64,000 bases of DNA from Pocillopora damicornis (taxonomy: Eukaryota). The translations under genes were made by a program, and so were the position numbers. The stretch lies in NCBI RefSeq assembly GCF_003704095.1, contig NW_020845755.1, positions 248,001-312,000 on the forward strand, written 5' to 3'. This document shows, one piece after another, positions 47,615-60,700 of this stretch (its first letter is position 1; each line of letters opens with the position of its first letter). Under the pieces are notes generated by a model. The model did not search any database, was not told the DNA's origin, and saw only the letters and a program-made list of their open reading frames with translations.

Positions 47615-48250
47615 CTTTTATTATTATTATTACTATCATTAAAATTAATGTCATTGTTATCATTATCATTGCTATTATTATTATCATCAAAATCACTACA
47701 ACTATTATGCAATTATCTCCAGTTTTTTTCTGTTTTTCTGGGTCTTCTAACTTAAGTTCCAGGAGCTCTGGCAGCTTAGGGCCACAACACTTACGCAACT
47801 CAAGGGGAGTTTTGAGGATAGCCGACGACTGCGCACCCCCAATTAAGTTAACTGTTTATCTAGCTTCCAATACTAGGTCCCTATTCGAGATAGTACAAAG
47901 TGCACGATGGTTACCGCTGTCACTTTTGATGCTCGATGAATTCTTTGACTTCGAATTATACTTTTTCACCTTCTCCTTCTCGGCCCTGATGATATTCTGA
48001 TCTGCTGACAGAGCTGTGTCAATAAATGACCACTCCCGAGTGTCTTGATACACTCCTGTAATGTGTGACTGATTGTGTTTCAGTTCCTTCTCTAGGAATA
48101 CGGTCGAGTCCCAGGTTATCCTCATGGCTTCATTGACTGCGACTAGCGAGGGTTGATGGTTGCTCCTCTCTCGACCGTGTACTTTAGCATTTGGACAAAT
48201 ATTTCGTTTTGGCTCTTTACCACGAGTAAGAGCTTGTATCTTGGGCTCAT
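47615..48250 (-). mobile_element. 3' end of an RLE-type (R4/Dong-like) non-LTR retrotransposon followed by degenerate (TAA)n
   Basis: NHQPSLVAVNEAMRITWD...HNQSHI...FIDTALSADQNIIRAEKEKVKKY...ALCTI...AQSSAILKTPLELRK resembles the restriction-like endonuclease C-terminus of R4/NeSL-type elements. A TAA/TGA-rich tract at 47615-47712 lies immediately 3'. Confidence 0.65.
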
Positions 48251-48875
48251 TCATGAACTGTCTATTATGTGTAAATACATCAAAAGATTAATCAAACTTT
48301 CGTTTTGCACTGATTATGTTTTGAGATCTACGCTTCCGATTGATCAATCGCTCTTTCTGGTTCAAACTTCAGCTCACATTTGACAATCTCATCAAGGTCA
48401 CTAAACTATCGTACGTAACTGGGTAAAGTCTCCTAGATGATATTCTGGGTGCAGTCTCCTAGTCTCTTAGTCATTGCGACTGCTGTCTCATAACGCAGCG
48501 TTGTATGTGTAGTCACTTTCTCTTACTTGTTCATTTTAGAAAAGGAAATATAAAGAAAAGAGATTCGATTATTCATTATTTAATTATTCATTCATTAGCA
48601 CCTAAGATTACCACTAATCGAGCAAAAAGCTTTTGATTTGCCTCTGAAAATTTTATGATTCTCTAACTTTTGTCTTCCTCTCTAAAACCGGTTCCTTAAA
48701 AGGCCTGTATTCTGTGAGCTATCACTTTTAATAGCTTCCTCTTTTACATAACAAAAGTTGTTCGTAGTTAATTAGTGAACCCTCTTTGAGTCCTATGAAT
48801 GGACGTATGTCCCTCGAGGGGTACCTACGTTCGCTAGCGTTTCATAGCGACTACAACTATTTGCTTGTTTTGTCA

Positions 48876-51800
48876 ATGGCTACCCTACTAAGCTACATAG
48901 CAGCCATTTTACCCCGACTGTTATTTGTGGCTCACAGTATTGTAGCCTTGTGGCTTCTAGTAAAATTCAGTCAAGGTCAGACTATTTTTTGGGGTTTCTG
49001 TGTCGGCCTGGTATGCCTGTTCGTGGAGTCCATTTACACCATTCTTGTGCGCAAAGGAGTGGAGTACAAGTAGTGAGTATATCATCTTCTAAATCAAACT
49101 GAGTGTTTTTCGAACCTTAACTTTCGCTTTAATTTAGTGACACCTTGGTATGGTTTATAACATGAGACAACTAATCATTACATTGATTAGCAAGGCCTAT
49201 ATTTTTACGGATCACCTTAATTCTAGAACAGCCGAGTGCAGTCAACACTTGGCGTTTTACAATACCTTGAATATCATTCACTCACACGCCTTTTGACTTC
49301 TAGGTGACACTTGCTGTAACACTAATCAAAAACGCTCTCTCCCCAAGTTTCTGTTTTACGGACGGTTTTAAGGCAAAGTTTTGACAATAATACCTCAACA
49401 GGGTGCATGAAATGGTCGAGTTCTGCTCGTATCAGACTGGTATCCAGCTTATGGTATTTTGAGCAAACAGTTTGAAAAGAATGTTCCTTTACCTATCCTG
49501 TCTGTGTTGTGGTCTTAAAAGGATTAACACTTGCGATCAAACGTTTCACAAATGCATGATGTATTAGCTAGACATGTAATTTACATGAACTTGCTCATGC
49601 ATTATATTCCGGAGCTTGAAAAGAATTCATATTTCATAATACAATTAACATACACCGATTTTCTGGAACATGAAAGTCCACCATTTGATTCTAAGCTCGT
49701 TTGTGAGACTCGCCATCTATACCGTCACCTCAATTTAAATTTCATGGGTTCAGAAACTTTTCTACAGTTCTATCTAGCGTTATGCTCCTTTTCTTTCTTG
49801 CCAGCAGATTCGCGAAAGTTGAGAATAATCTAACATCCCAGTCGCAAAGGCAAATTTTATCACATCAAATCTTTTTTCATGTAGGTATGGAAAAACAATC
49901 TTAGAAATAAAAAGAAAAAAAGAATCTATAGGAAGCAGATCTGTAAAAGTTTCGACTTAAATACTTAAATTCCTTTCATTCCTTTTATCCCCAGATAAAA
50001 TAGACTTTCTCCCACATCCGATCAAACTATGATCGCTTTTAATGAAGTGTTGCATTACCAATGGTATCGCTCCGATCGATGAATGCTTGATATCATGATA
50101 GTCTATTCAAATTTATTTCCTTTGTCAGAACCGTAAGCTGCCAATTACGGTGATAACTGAAGCTTCCCGGCTCAGTTTTCAACTACTGAGGAGATGACCT
50201 GACTTGAAGAGAATTAATGTAAAAATTTTATATTTTAGTGAAAAGTCGTGAAAAGCCATCAAATGTTTTAATTAAAAAGAAGAGTATGAAGTCGCTTTAA
50301 CGCAGTCCGGATGTTTGACGACGTGTTTCTTCAAATGGCATTTATATTAACGGCTAAGAAAGGAGATACCAAAACCACGTGTGACGAAAGTCTCTTAAAA
50401 AAGAAACACATTTTCACTTTGTAAGAAGATTCTTAGGACTCAATCTTTCATTCTGTCTCACATAATTTCATTGATTTATTCATTGGCTGCCTATTTTTGT
50501 TTGGTAGGTTTTAAATAGGTTTTTAAAAAGTAATATTTCCTCACCACAAGGAGTGATCAAAATAAACGAAACGGCGAGTGAATGGCCTGCTTTGAGGATT
50601 TTCCAGTTTTTTTTTTCACAGTGTAGTTTAATAGGGCTTGAAGAAGTGCAGCGGAAACAGTTCAAAACTTAAAACTAAGCCTATCCGAAATTAAGCGAGC
50701 GCCATGGTCCTCTAAATAATTATGATTTCGATTTCATGGTGATGCTTGAATAGCAACTGTTATCAAAATATTTAGAAAAGTATTTATCTGACCAGTTTAG
50801 CGAGGAAATTTTCTGAGAAACCTACAATATTTGTTTTGATCCACTACGCTGGCGGTTTCATTGGCTTGATCTAGAAAATTTAAATTCATGCTAAGGAATC
50901 AATGGGTTAGGTCAGGGTGATATGTTAGGTTTACTGCAGCAGTCACAGAGTATCATTCAAATGACTCTGGATTTTTCTATCACTTTATAAATTTTTCAGT
51001 GCCTTAAACTGTTCCAACTATGACAATATATCACTACATTGAAGTTCTAGTCATGCCAAATAATTCCCTGTGCCGCGAACCCCTGATTTTTAAGTATACG
51101 TAATTTTCTTAGTGGTAGTTGGTCAAATTTTCATTTTCTCCTTATTGCAGCTTTTGGCCAAGTTGTTTTTTCTACCTTTGTACCCTTCTACCCATTACTT
51201 GGTTTGCTGAGTTAACTCTACTGGAAGGAAGACTAAATAACGTAACTGATGAGAAAATAATGATTGTTTCTATGGCGCAAACGGTAAGTCAGTAACAGAA
51301 AAGAAAGCGATACGAGCGTGACTTTTCAATCGCCTGAAAAGTTGGCAGAATATGATGCAAAAATTCGGGCTGAAAAAATCTTAAGCCACCGTAACATCTG
51401 AGCTTTCCTGACATAATTAATGAGGACCTCACCTTATTTCAAAGGATGTAACATGCCGACATGACCATATCTATTCGACAGAAGCCTTGCCATTCCAAAC
51501 ACGGCCGCGATAACTGGTTTGGCAAGGAGAGAAAAGGAATCTTTTGGAGAGATACATGTAATTTTACTAGACAAGTGTCGTCAGGAAATTGTTCTCGATT
51601 TTTTAACCGTGGCGCAAGCAGGGTTTTTTTACGGAAGGAGGACACCAAACTCAGCAGCGTTTTACTGGTATGACAGATCGTTTCGCCATTTCAAGCACTG
51701 AACTATAGCATTTGATAAATAAGTTCACCGAACCAGAGTATTTACCTCAAGTCAAAGAAAAAAGAATAGATTCTTCCAAGTACAATCTATATGGTGGTCG

Positions 51801-52063
51801 GTTGTTTGCCTTGGCTTCAGCAATAGTGTGGAACTCTCTCACACAGTCATTAAGAGACTGGCAATCAGTTGAAACTTTTAAACGGAAACTTAAAGAACAT
51901 TTATTTTTACGGGCTTACATGGAAAATTGAATTTTCATTGTTGTTGTACTTTTTGTAAATAATATTTTATTTTCATAGACATAGTTAGGTAATATATAGT
52001 TTTTAATCATAATTCCCTTCCGTGAAGCGTTCTTGGACCACTAGGAAAAGACGCTATATAAAT

Positions 52064-52098
<35 letters not shown>

Positions 52099-53322
52099 GT
52101 TGTTGTTGTTATTATTATAGTCCTGCGATAACAAAAAGACATAGAAACAAATAGGTTAGTAAGGCCTTGATGTTTGCGATGCATGAACAAAACTTGTTAA
52201 GTTCGTGGAATCATCTTTTTCTTGGTAAATAATAAATGTGCATATTGACTTCCTGCTTCAGTTCTACGTTGGGCAAGAGGAGCTGAAGAAGTTTTGTGAG
52301 ATTGGGTTGATGTTAATCATCATCTTGGGTCGGTGGATGCTTCCTCGTGGTGCAATAACACGCGACCAGCTGTCGATCCTTCTTCTTGAATACGTGGCCA
52401 TTGCAGCCGATATTTTAGAGTTGTTCGAGGCTTTTGAAGATGATCAGGTGAGAGAGTTTTATACCATACGAAATGTGTGCAATAAATAAAGGCATCTAAG
52501 TAGACCTTTCACACGAAGGACATGATTCCTTTCACCAGTTCCTAATGGAGAGCGACTCATTTGAGCTTAACCTTTGCCTACTTTTTGATTAAAGCAAAAC
52601 AGTATATGTAACTCCATTTTGGTTTGATTGCAGGTAGCCCGCAATAAGGATATAACATTGGCTACCCTGGGAGTGTTTTCATGGAGTCTTTTTCAATTCA
52701 CTTTGGTGACTACGTCAATGGGGATGAACATTGAAGATCAAGAAGAAGAAAATCTACCACAAGTATAAAAACAATTCGTAAATTGAGTTTGAACATCTAT
52801 ATTATCTCATTATTTGCTTTAAATTTGCCACTGACTTTGAGAATTGCTTCTCATTTTCTCCAGAATGGAAACTATTTATGGGTTGAAGATGGTTTGAACA
52901 GAAGATATCTCCGAAAAGCTTCTGAGGCTAGGAAACACGAAAGAAAAAAACAACGTAGACAATTGTATCAATTGTACAATGAAGACGAAGAAATGAGAAA
53001 ACTTGAACTCCAAGGAGACCGATATGGTATCATAGCGGCCATGTTTATGCAAGATGGCCCTTTCCTAATCCTTCGACTTTATCTTGTCTTCAAATACGAC
53101 TTCCTAATAGACTCCAAATTTTTGTTTTACATCGGCAAGAATTTAATTTCCCTTGTTTTGATGATATATCGTCTTTACGTAATTCACTTTCATAGTAAAG
53201 AGGAGGAATTCGCCTTGCCAACAAAACGATCATTTCGAAACCTTTCCTCTATGCTGATAGGAGCTCAGAGGTTCAAGTCAAGAAAATCAAACCCAAGGAA
53301 ACAAAGCCAGCCAAGCAAGTAA
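48876..53322 (+). CDS. TMEM26-like: Transmembrane protein 26-like, about 367 aa, 5 exons
   Basis: Exons 48876-49072 (RLLFVAHS...RKGVEYK), 51151-51283 (FWPSCFFYL), 52262-52447 (GRWMLPRGAITRDQLSILLLEYVAIAADILELF), 52634-52762 (FSWSLFQF), 52864-53322 (QDGPFLILRL...KN). Phases consistent. Confidence 0.9.
51720..52118 (+). mobile_element. 3' end of an L2/CR1-group LINE with (TTA)n tail
   Basis: YGGRLFALASAIVWNSL..SLR...SVETFKRKLKEHLF is a typical L2-group ORF2 C-terminus, followed by GTGAAGCG...CGCTATATAAAT and a (TTA)n/(TTG)n tail. Confidence 0.75.
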
Positions 53323-53717
53323 AAGACTTGAGCAGGCTGCAATGGATTTAGAGTGTTTCAACAATACTTGCGTGTTAAAGTGGTGAAAATCTGCTTAAGT
53401 TGTCGAAAAGGGCCACTTTCTAACAGTCAGTGACCCTCACCCGTACGATCACATTACAATGCCACGCAATCAAATAATTCTTCTCTCTATTTGTTGTAAT
53501 CTACTTCTCTTGGCTTGAAGTCAATTGCATTTTATGTGAAATGGCTGAATATAAGAAAACAGTTTTATCTAAATTTCAAATTTTGTTGAAATAAACACAT
53601 TTTTTCCTTTAAGTTGAACAAAAGACAAAAAGTATATTTAGATGTCATTTCCTTAATTGGAATGAAGAGTTGCACATGAGTGTTTTTAAGATGAGTATTT
53701 CTTCAAAATCATTCAGT

Positions 53718-56700
53718 TTAGATAGTAGCAGAAATAGTTACAAGATTATTGCTTGTCTCTGGACTAGACTCTGACCATCTTGTGAACATGCCACCAAAGA
53801 TAATAATCTCCCCTCTAGCAACCACAACAGAATGTAAAGAAGTAGCAGGAAGAGAGCACTGCATTTCTGGAGGAGGTTTCCAAGAACATGAAAAATGTGA
53901 GCGTATTTGACTACAGTCTAAAACAAATGTTTGCATGGGCAAAAACCCGTCAAGACCTGGCCTCTGCCCAGCTCCAAGACTGCCTTCAGGAGAGAGTACA
54001 TGTCCTTGATGGCGAGGTACACTAAACACAAGAACTGTGTCCTTGATGTAGACTGCAGGATGACACCATAACTGGGGAGCTTCCCACTGACGGTTCTTCA
54101 CTTCCAACTCTTGCCAGATCCATTCATTTGTGTCCAGAATCCAAACATCCCCAAATAACTAAAATGGAAAAATGAACCTTATAAACAAACACTATCACAA
54201 TTGACTTCAATGTACTACTCAAAGTAAAAAAATATCTCTTCAACTGGAAGCACATTATTAACAAGTGCACAAATAAATAAATACAACTTATGTGGGCTGA
54301 AAATAAACCAAAAATGTTACAAAACAGCCTCTAGGTCTCATATTCTTAACCATTATTGATAGCTCTCATGAAATTTATTCTCAAGTTGTGTAGCCCCCAA
54401 GAGAAAGTTGATGGTAATGGAAGTACATGTTACTGAAGGCTCAAGCTGCTTACAAGGTTTGGGAAATACTTTCCAAGCAGAAAATTGGAAAATAAATGCA
54501 TCATATTAGATGTTTGGGTGTGTAGTATTGCTGAGTATCTTTACGAGTTGTGTTGTATTTTGCAAGACTGTAGGGCGAGTCAAAATACAAACAACAAGTC
54601 AAAATGCCAAGTGACACTACACACCAAAATGTCTAATAAGTTTTTTAATATCTGACTACTTTTTTCAAGCTAAGTCTCTCTGTTCATTTCTCATAAGGCA
54701 GGAAAAGCAAAGCAAATTGAGAAGCATAGAATACACAGCCAACTGGTTAAACAGGATTTTTACAGTACAAAATAACCAACAGTCCAAATAACCATACAAT
54801 ATTGCAGGATATTTGTACTCTCTTTACACATTATTATACTCTACTTTGTGCAGTTGGATACTTAAAGAGACTTTTGCCTATTTGCTTAAATTTAAGAATA
54901 GAGCCACACAAAACCAACACAGTAATGATAGGTGCCAACAGCCTCTAAATTAGTGTTAAATTAATTAAACAAGTCTCATTTTAAGGTCATCAAGATGGGT
55001 TTCCAATGATCAAAAATCTACTAATTCAATATCTTGATAGATTTAATTTTTCAACTTATGTGAAGTTTTTTTTAAAGAAATATTGTAAATACTATGAAAC
55101 TATACCAATTAGCATTTGGTTCTCACCAAGTTTGGTCCACCACATCCACCAATCATAAGTACTGTGTGATCATCTAACACCATCTAAAGAAGATCAAACC
55201 AAGTCAAAATTCATTTTTTTTTTTTCAAAGCTTAAAACGATTTTAACCTATACAAAGAGATAACACAAGCCCAAACACAAAGATACAAAATGGTAAATTT
55301 ATATGATATTTTGAGAACAAGTATAGAGATTGGGTGAAAAAGATGAAATTGCTTTAAGGTACAACACTTAATACTCTCCATAAACTATACCCAATGGTTA
55401 GCATTTGGCTGGCCACACAGCACCTTAAATCATCCAACAATTTGAGCATTGTAAAGCAAAAGCTATCAAAAAAAGGCTAATGCAATAACTTTTTACTGGC
55501 CTTTGGAATTCCCACTAGAAGCAGTTTGCTCCCTTTTATTCTACTGCACCCTTTTCCTGACCCAAATTAAAAAAAATTTATTTCCTCCTCTTGTTATTGG
55601 TAAACAGGGGAATATTTCTGGTACTTTTGCAAGGCTGAAGTGTCATTGTTATCCTTAATTATTTTGGAGTTTTTTTCTTAAACAATATTCTTTACTTTTC
55701 AATAATTTCAAACTGTATTTGGTTTTTCCTTAGGTATATCTTGTTCCTTAGAAATTATCAGTGCTAGTGATATTGTTGATAACCTTACTAGTGAAGATAC
55801 AAAAAACTTGCTGCTAAGGTCCTGGAATTTTGTTTATCAGTGGTGTATTTTATGATAAAACACTTGGTCCATACAATAAATAAGATTATTACTCCAATAA
55901 TGATAAATACTGTGATTTTGTTACTGAAAAGGTAAATTAAGAAAAAAATCCACTGTATTGCATTACAAGCAGGCAAAAAATTTTTCTTGGAGTACATCAG
56001 CTTGAGGCATTGAAATACCTGTGAATGGCCAAATCTTCCAGATGGTTTTTTTCCTCTTATGCTGGGACAACTCCATGTCATGTTTACCATGTCTAAAACC
56101 CAAACATCATTGAACCTAACAAAATTACAAGTTCAGGTAAAAACACATTAGTGACGGTGACCTGGCTCACATCTCGCACGTTTTAAAGTCTTGTTTTCAG
56201 CTACTCCTTCTCTTCCTGGAGCTTGCAGCAACCTTTATTGTATAGTATAAAAAAAGCAATATTCTGATGGCACTAATTGCATGCTTAATCAATATTGAAA
56301 CAAAGAAAAGTGCCTAGGAGAAATGCTGCCCAGGGAACCAAACACACAACCTTCAGAAATGTAAACCAAGATTGCAGGCTTCAAAATGTTTTTGATACCA
56401 AAGCCACATAAGCCTATGAAATTACTTATTAAATTACAATAGTCAATGAAGGCCCAATTGAATATACTTAAAAAGACAAAACCTGTGCATTGTTGGTCCT
56501 TCACCTCTTTAGAGATTGAAGTTAGGAGAGCTATCAGGTCAGAAAAAGCTATCAGAAAAAAGGTCAATTATTTTCTCCGTAATTACATACTTAAATACAA
56601 ACCAGACAATTTGCTAATGCATTCTGAAAACCATAGAATGTATGCAGTTGTTGACAGCTGTTGCTGGATGCCTGAAATACTCTTACTAAGTGTGAATGGG

Positions 56701-57540
56701 AATAGCAAATAAAATTGTTTTCGTGAAACTCAGCATTTTAATAGTACGGAGAAGTACTGATACTCCTTGATGCGTCCAAGTTACATGACTTTTGTTAAGA
56801 TATCTGAACTAAGAAGCGACGACTATCTCCCCCAAATTTACACACAACTGCACTGGTCATAAAACTGAAAGATAGTCTGACCTCAAATGTCTTTGAGCTC
56901 CTCCAAACACAACCATGCTGTGACCCAAGGCACAAGCTGCATGTCCCGCTCTCTTGCATGGCCGTGGCCCATTTAGGTTAACAGCAGGTGAACTCCATGT
57001 CTGACTATGAGTGTTAAAAATGTACAAGTCATCAAAAAATTTTGCTGCAGAATTGATTCCTGTCCTAGCAGGCTGACACCAGCCACCAAATATGACAATA
57101 TCCCTGTTATCATACGCCACAACAGTTGCACATTCTTTCGGAGGAGGAGGAGATCCTGAACTACGAAGCTTCTTCCACCGCCCTTCCCTTAGATCAAGAC
57201 AATGTAGATCATTAAAAGCCTTGTTTGATGAGGAGCAACCTCCATATATATACATTTTAGTTCCTATGATACAACAACTGTGGGAAAACCGTGGAAAAGG
57301 TGATTCTCTTGACTTTATGCTCACTGTTTGAAAACGTAAATTACCACTTCTCACAGCGTCTCGAAAATTTTGTATGCGTTGATTGCAAATCCTAGAAATC
57401 AAACGATACCATAAACGACACACGCATTTAGCGTCACATAAGTCACCATATGGTGACAAGTAAGACATTATCTTTTCAACAATTTCGTTGGGAAGACCTG
57501 AAAAGTAACATACTGTTTCGATTCCCATCGCGTCCGCCAT
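53718..57540 (-). CDS. FBXO42: F-box/kelch protein FBXO42-like, about 417 aa, 4 exons
   Basis: Exons (-): 57540-56882 (F-box LPNEIVEKIMSYLSPY; kelch YIYGGC, AFNDL, FGGW), 56115-56019, 55183-55127 (IGGCGGPN), 54158-53718 (APQLWCHPA, TSLHSVVVARGEIIIFGG). Phases consistent. Confidence 0.92.
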
Positions 57541-57771
57541 ACTGTTTGATTGAATATTACACAATAATTCCGTTTAAATGATGTAGTATTCTTTCGATTA
57601 AGGTCTGAGCTGGTTCGTACCAGGTCCTCGGTTGAGGGTCGCGTTGAGTTCATGATGTAATTGCATAATTCCGAACAGTTCAGAAGATCGAGGTGGTTTG
57701 TAGGGATCGGCTAGAGAAAAGAAACAAACAGCAACCATAAGGTAAAGATAGACAGTGTAATACCAACTAAA
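57541..57771. promoter_or_regulatory. Bidirectional promoter region shared by FBXO42 (-) and SLC2A-like (+)
   Basis: 231 bp between divergent ATGs; locally CpG-rich relative to both gene bodies. Confidence 0.7.
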
Positions 57772-60700
57772 ATGACGGAGGAGGAGGTATTTACTGTGGC
57801 TCCAAAAGATTCTGAGAAGGATGAGCTTCTTCCAAGCCGTTCAAAATCATCGCCAAGCTCAGGCTGTACATTCTGGTTGGTGTTTACAGCAGCTGTTATA
57901 GTGTTCGGCTCGTCTTTTCAATTTGGATATGGTACTTCGTGTATCAATGGACCAGAAACGGTAAAATCTACGGGATACTGCTTTTAAACGCATTGCAATG
58001 AACTATTACTTAACTGATGGTATACTATACAAATGTTATTTATGGCTATTTTATTTTTGAGTTAATTTTCTTATTCAAAAAAAGACAACTCTATGTTAGC
58101 GTGTAGAGTGGTATGTTGCTTGCACCAATCAGATTGCTGCATAAGGGTACATACCTCACACCTATCAGATTGCTGCAGTAGGGTATATATCATGCAACAA
58201 TCATATCACAGCATTTGGATATCTTGCACCAATCACAGTGGTGGGGTATGGTCTTTTTTCAAATGATGTCATGGAATGAGGGGGCTGTGCACAGAGAATG
58301 ACAATAACCAAAAATTTTGGGCTCATTTGATGAGTATAACAGTTTGTAGTGTTCATAAGGACCTCATTGATTAAGGTCGAGATTTATCACAGTATGAAAG
58401 GTTTGCATTTAACCTTTTGTGTCATTTCAAAGTTGAAACATGTTTTTCTGCTTCCTTACTCACAATGCACATACCAACATGTGTGACAGAATTGAAGTTC
58501 GCTTTCTGTAGTAAAATTCACACACTGTATGACAGAATTGAAGTTAGCTTTCTGTAGTAAAATTACTTGGAATAATACTTTTGAGGCAACTAACCGTAGA
58601 CGAATAATAGAGGGGAATATAGGGCATCGTGTGACAAGACCAAACAACAACTGCAAGGAGACAACAGTAAGCATGGCACAGCACAAGGTTCATTCACCAC
58701 TTTTAATTACATCCATTTTGAATATGCCAAATTCAATCGCTCAAATACAGGATATTTTAGTCTGTACTAACATTTTATTATCCAGTACTGAGCTGGTTTG
58801 TAAAAATTTGCAAAGTTATCTTTCATTCTGACTGGTTACTTTAAACAAGCCTCAAAATCTGATTGGTAGATGTGTTTTGTAATAATTGGTTTCTCACTAG
58901 CTGGGTAAAACATGCAATTTAGAGCAAAAAATTATACATTTTGTGAATAAATTACACTGATGAGAGCCAATCAGATAGCAAGGATCATCAGTGATTTCAA
59001 AATGGATGTTGTAAATATAGTGCAGTACTGATAAATGGATTTATGTAATGTATTTCTCAGCCATCAGGTTTTTTTTGTGGATATTGCAATTTTATTTGCA
59101 CCCCCAAATTAATGAGGATAGTGAAGAGGAGAGAAAAAATGAGGAGCTGAGGTGCATCTTCATACGTGTTTTTGATTGCTACTTTTTGTTGAATGCATGT
59201 TCTTAATTTGAAAAAGATCCAGCCTCCTATCATACCTATACCTTCGTATCACTTGCTCATTCAATGAGCAGTTAGTTTGTGTGGCTTTTCTTATGTAGTA
59301 TAAATATGTGTTTACTATGACTTTCATTTCCAATAGGACATAAGAAATTATTTCCGTGAGAACTCGAGTTTCAGCCAGTTAATGTGGTCCACTGCTGTGG
59401 CAATTTTTGCAGTTGGAGGAATGCTTGGTGCTCTCATCGGTCCAGTTATTGCTGATTCCCTGGGCAGGTAATTTACCCCTGTATTTGCTTTTGTGTGGTT
59501 GTGAAGCTGGTGATGCAGAGGACTATGACAGGTGATATTTCAGAATTTCAGCCAGTTATTCTCAGAGTCAAGTGAACTTTTTTTCTTGTTCAATTGGAAA
59601 AGCTTAGCTTGCTTGAACTGATTGTTCAATTGAGAAAAGAGTCTCATTGGTGATTAGAGGTTTAGCTGATTGATAGCTTTTTGTTTTTTTGTGTGTTTTT
59701 GTTTGCTTTTGTTTGTTTTTGTGTGTTTTTTAGTGTTTTTGTTTGTTTTTGTTTGCTTTTGTGTGTTTTTGTTTGCTTTTGCATTTTTACCAATGTTACA
59801 AAGACAAGATGTGTACTTCTCCATGAAATTTTCAGATGGCTATCAAGGATTTTAATATCAGAGGAAGATTGAAAATAGAAATAATTTTTTGCCAAGGGGT
59901 GGAGCTCCATCATTAAAGCTGTTGATATTTTTTTCAGGTTATTTTTAGCATGATATTTATAAAAGCTAAGCTATGTATAGATAAACAAAGATGATGTACT
60001 CATAATCATACAAAAATGTATCTACTTTGCTTTTGATGACTCGTTGATTTTACATGATCTGTTAGTCTCCTTTAAGAAACTCTTTCCTGGTAGTTCACTT
60101 GGTCGCACAAAAGCAAATCATTTTGGGATGATAGAGCCATGGCCATTTAGCTATAATCTATGGCTAATAAAATTATTGATTCACAGCTGACATATGTAAA
60201 TCAGTTATGTTTGCCCTGCAAATTGAAAAATTGACGGTCAAAGAATGCATGTGGCTACTTGTATAGCATAATTTGAAAAGCATTGAAAAGAACTAGAGGT
60301 TGTATGATGACGCTAGAAGGTAGTTTTGCAGAATACTTGTCTCCCATGCAAAACAGAAAACTTGACACATCCTACATATTTACAAGTACCCTCTTCCATA
60401 AGAGAAAGATGATTCAAGAATATATTGTCTAATTGACATTCAACCAATAATTAAACGGGAACAAATAATAATATTAACGATTATAATAATGGTAGCGATA
60501 GCAGTTTAATAAAAATTTTCAAGGGGCTAGCTTCATGGTTCCCCAATCCTCTGGGCTCCAACAGTAGGTACCTGAGCTTCTTTTTATTTCCCCTGTTAAT
60601 TATAAATAATTTTCTTATTTTATTGCAATTCCATCTTTTGGGACTTTTGTTTCATAAAATAAGACATTTGGCATTTTAGGATATTTCATTAATTCACATC

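Noticed and set aside
49068-49076. Apparent premature TAG ending TMEM26-like exon 1
   Set aside because: The donor is TA|GTGAGT; splicing to C at 51151 makes TAC (Tyr) and keeps the frame.
59662-59913. Hydrophobic or Lys/Gln-rich ORFs
   Set aside because: Translations of a simple TG-rich repeat in an SLC2A intron.
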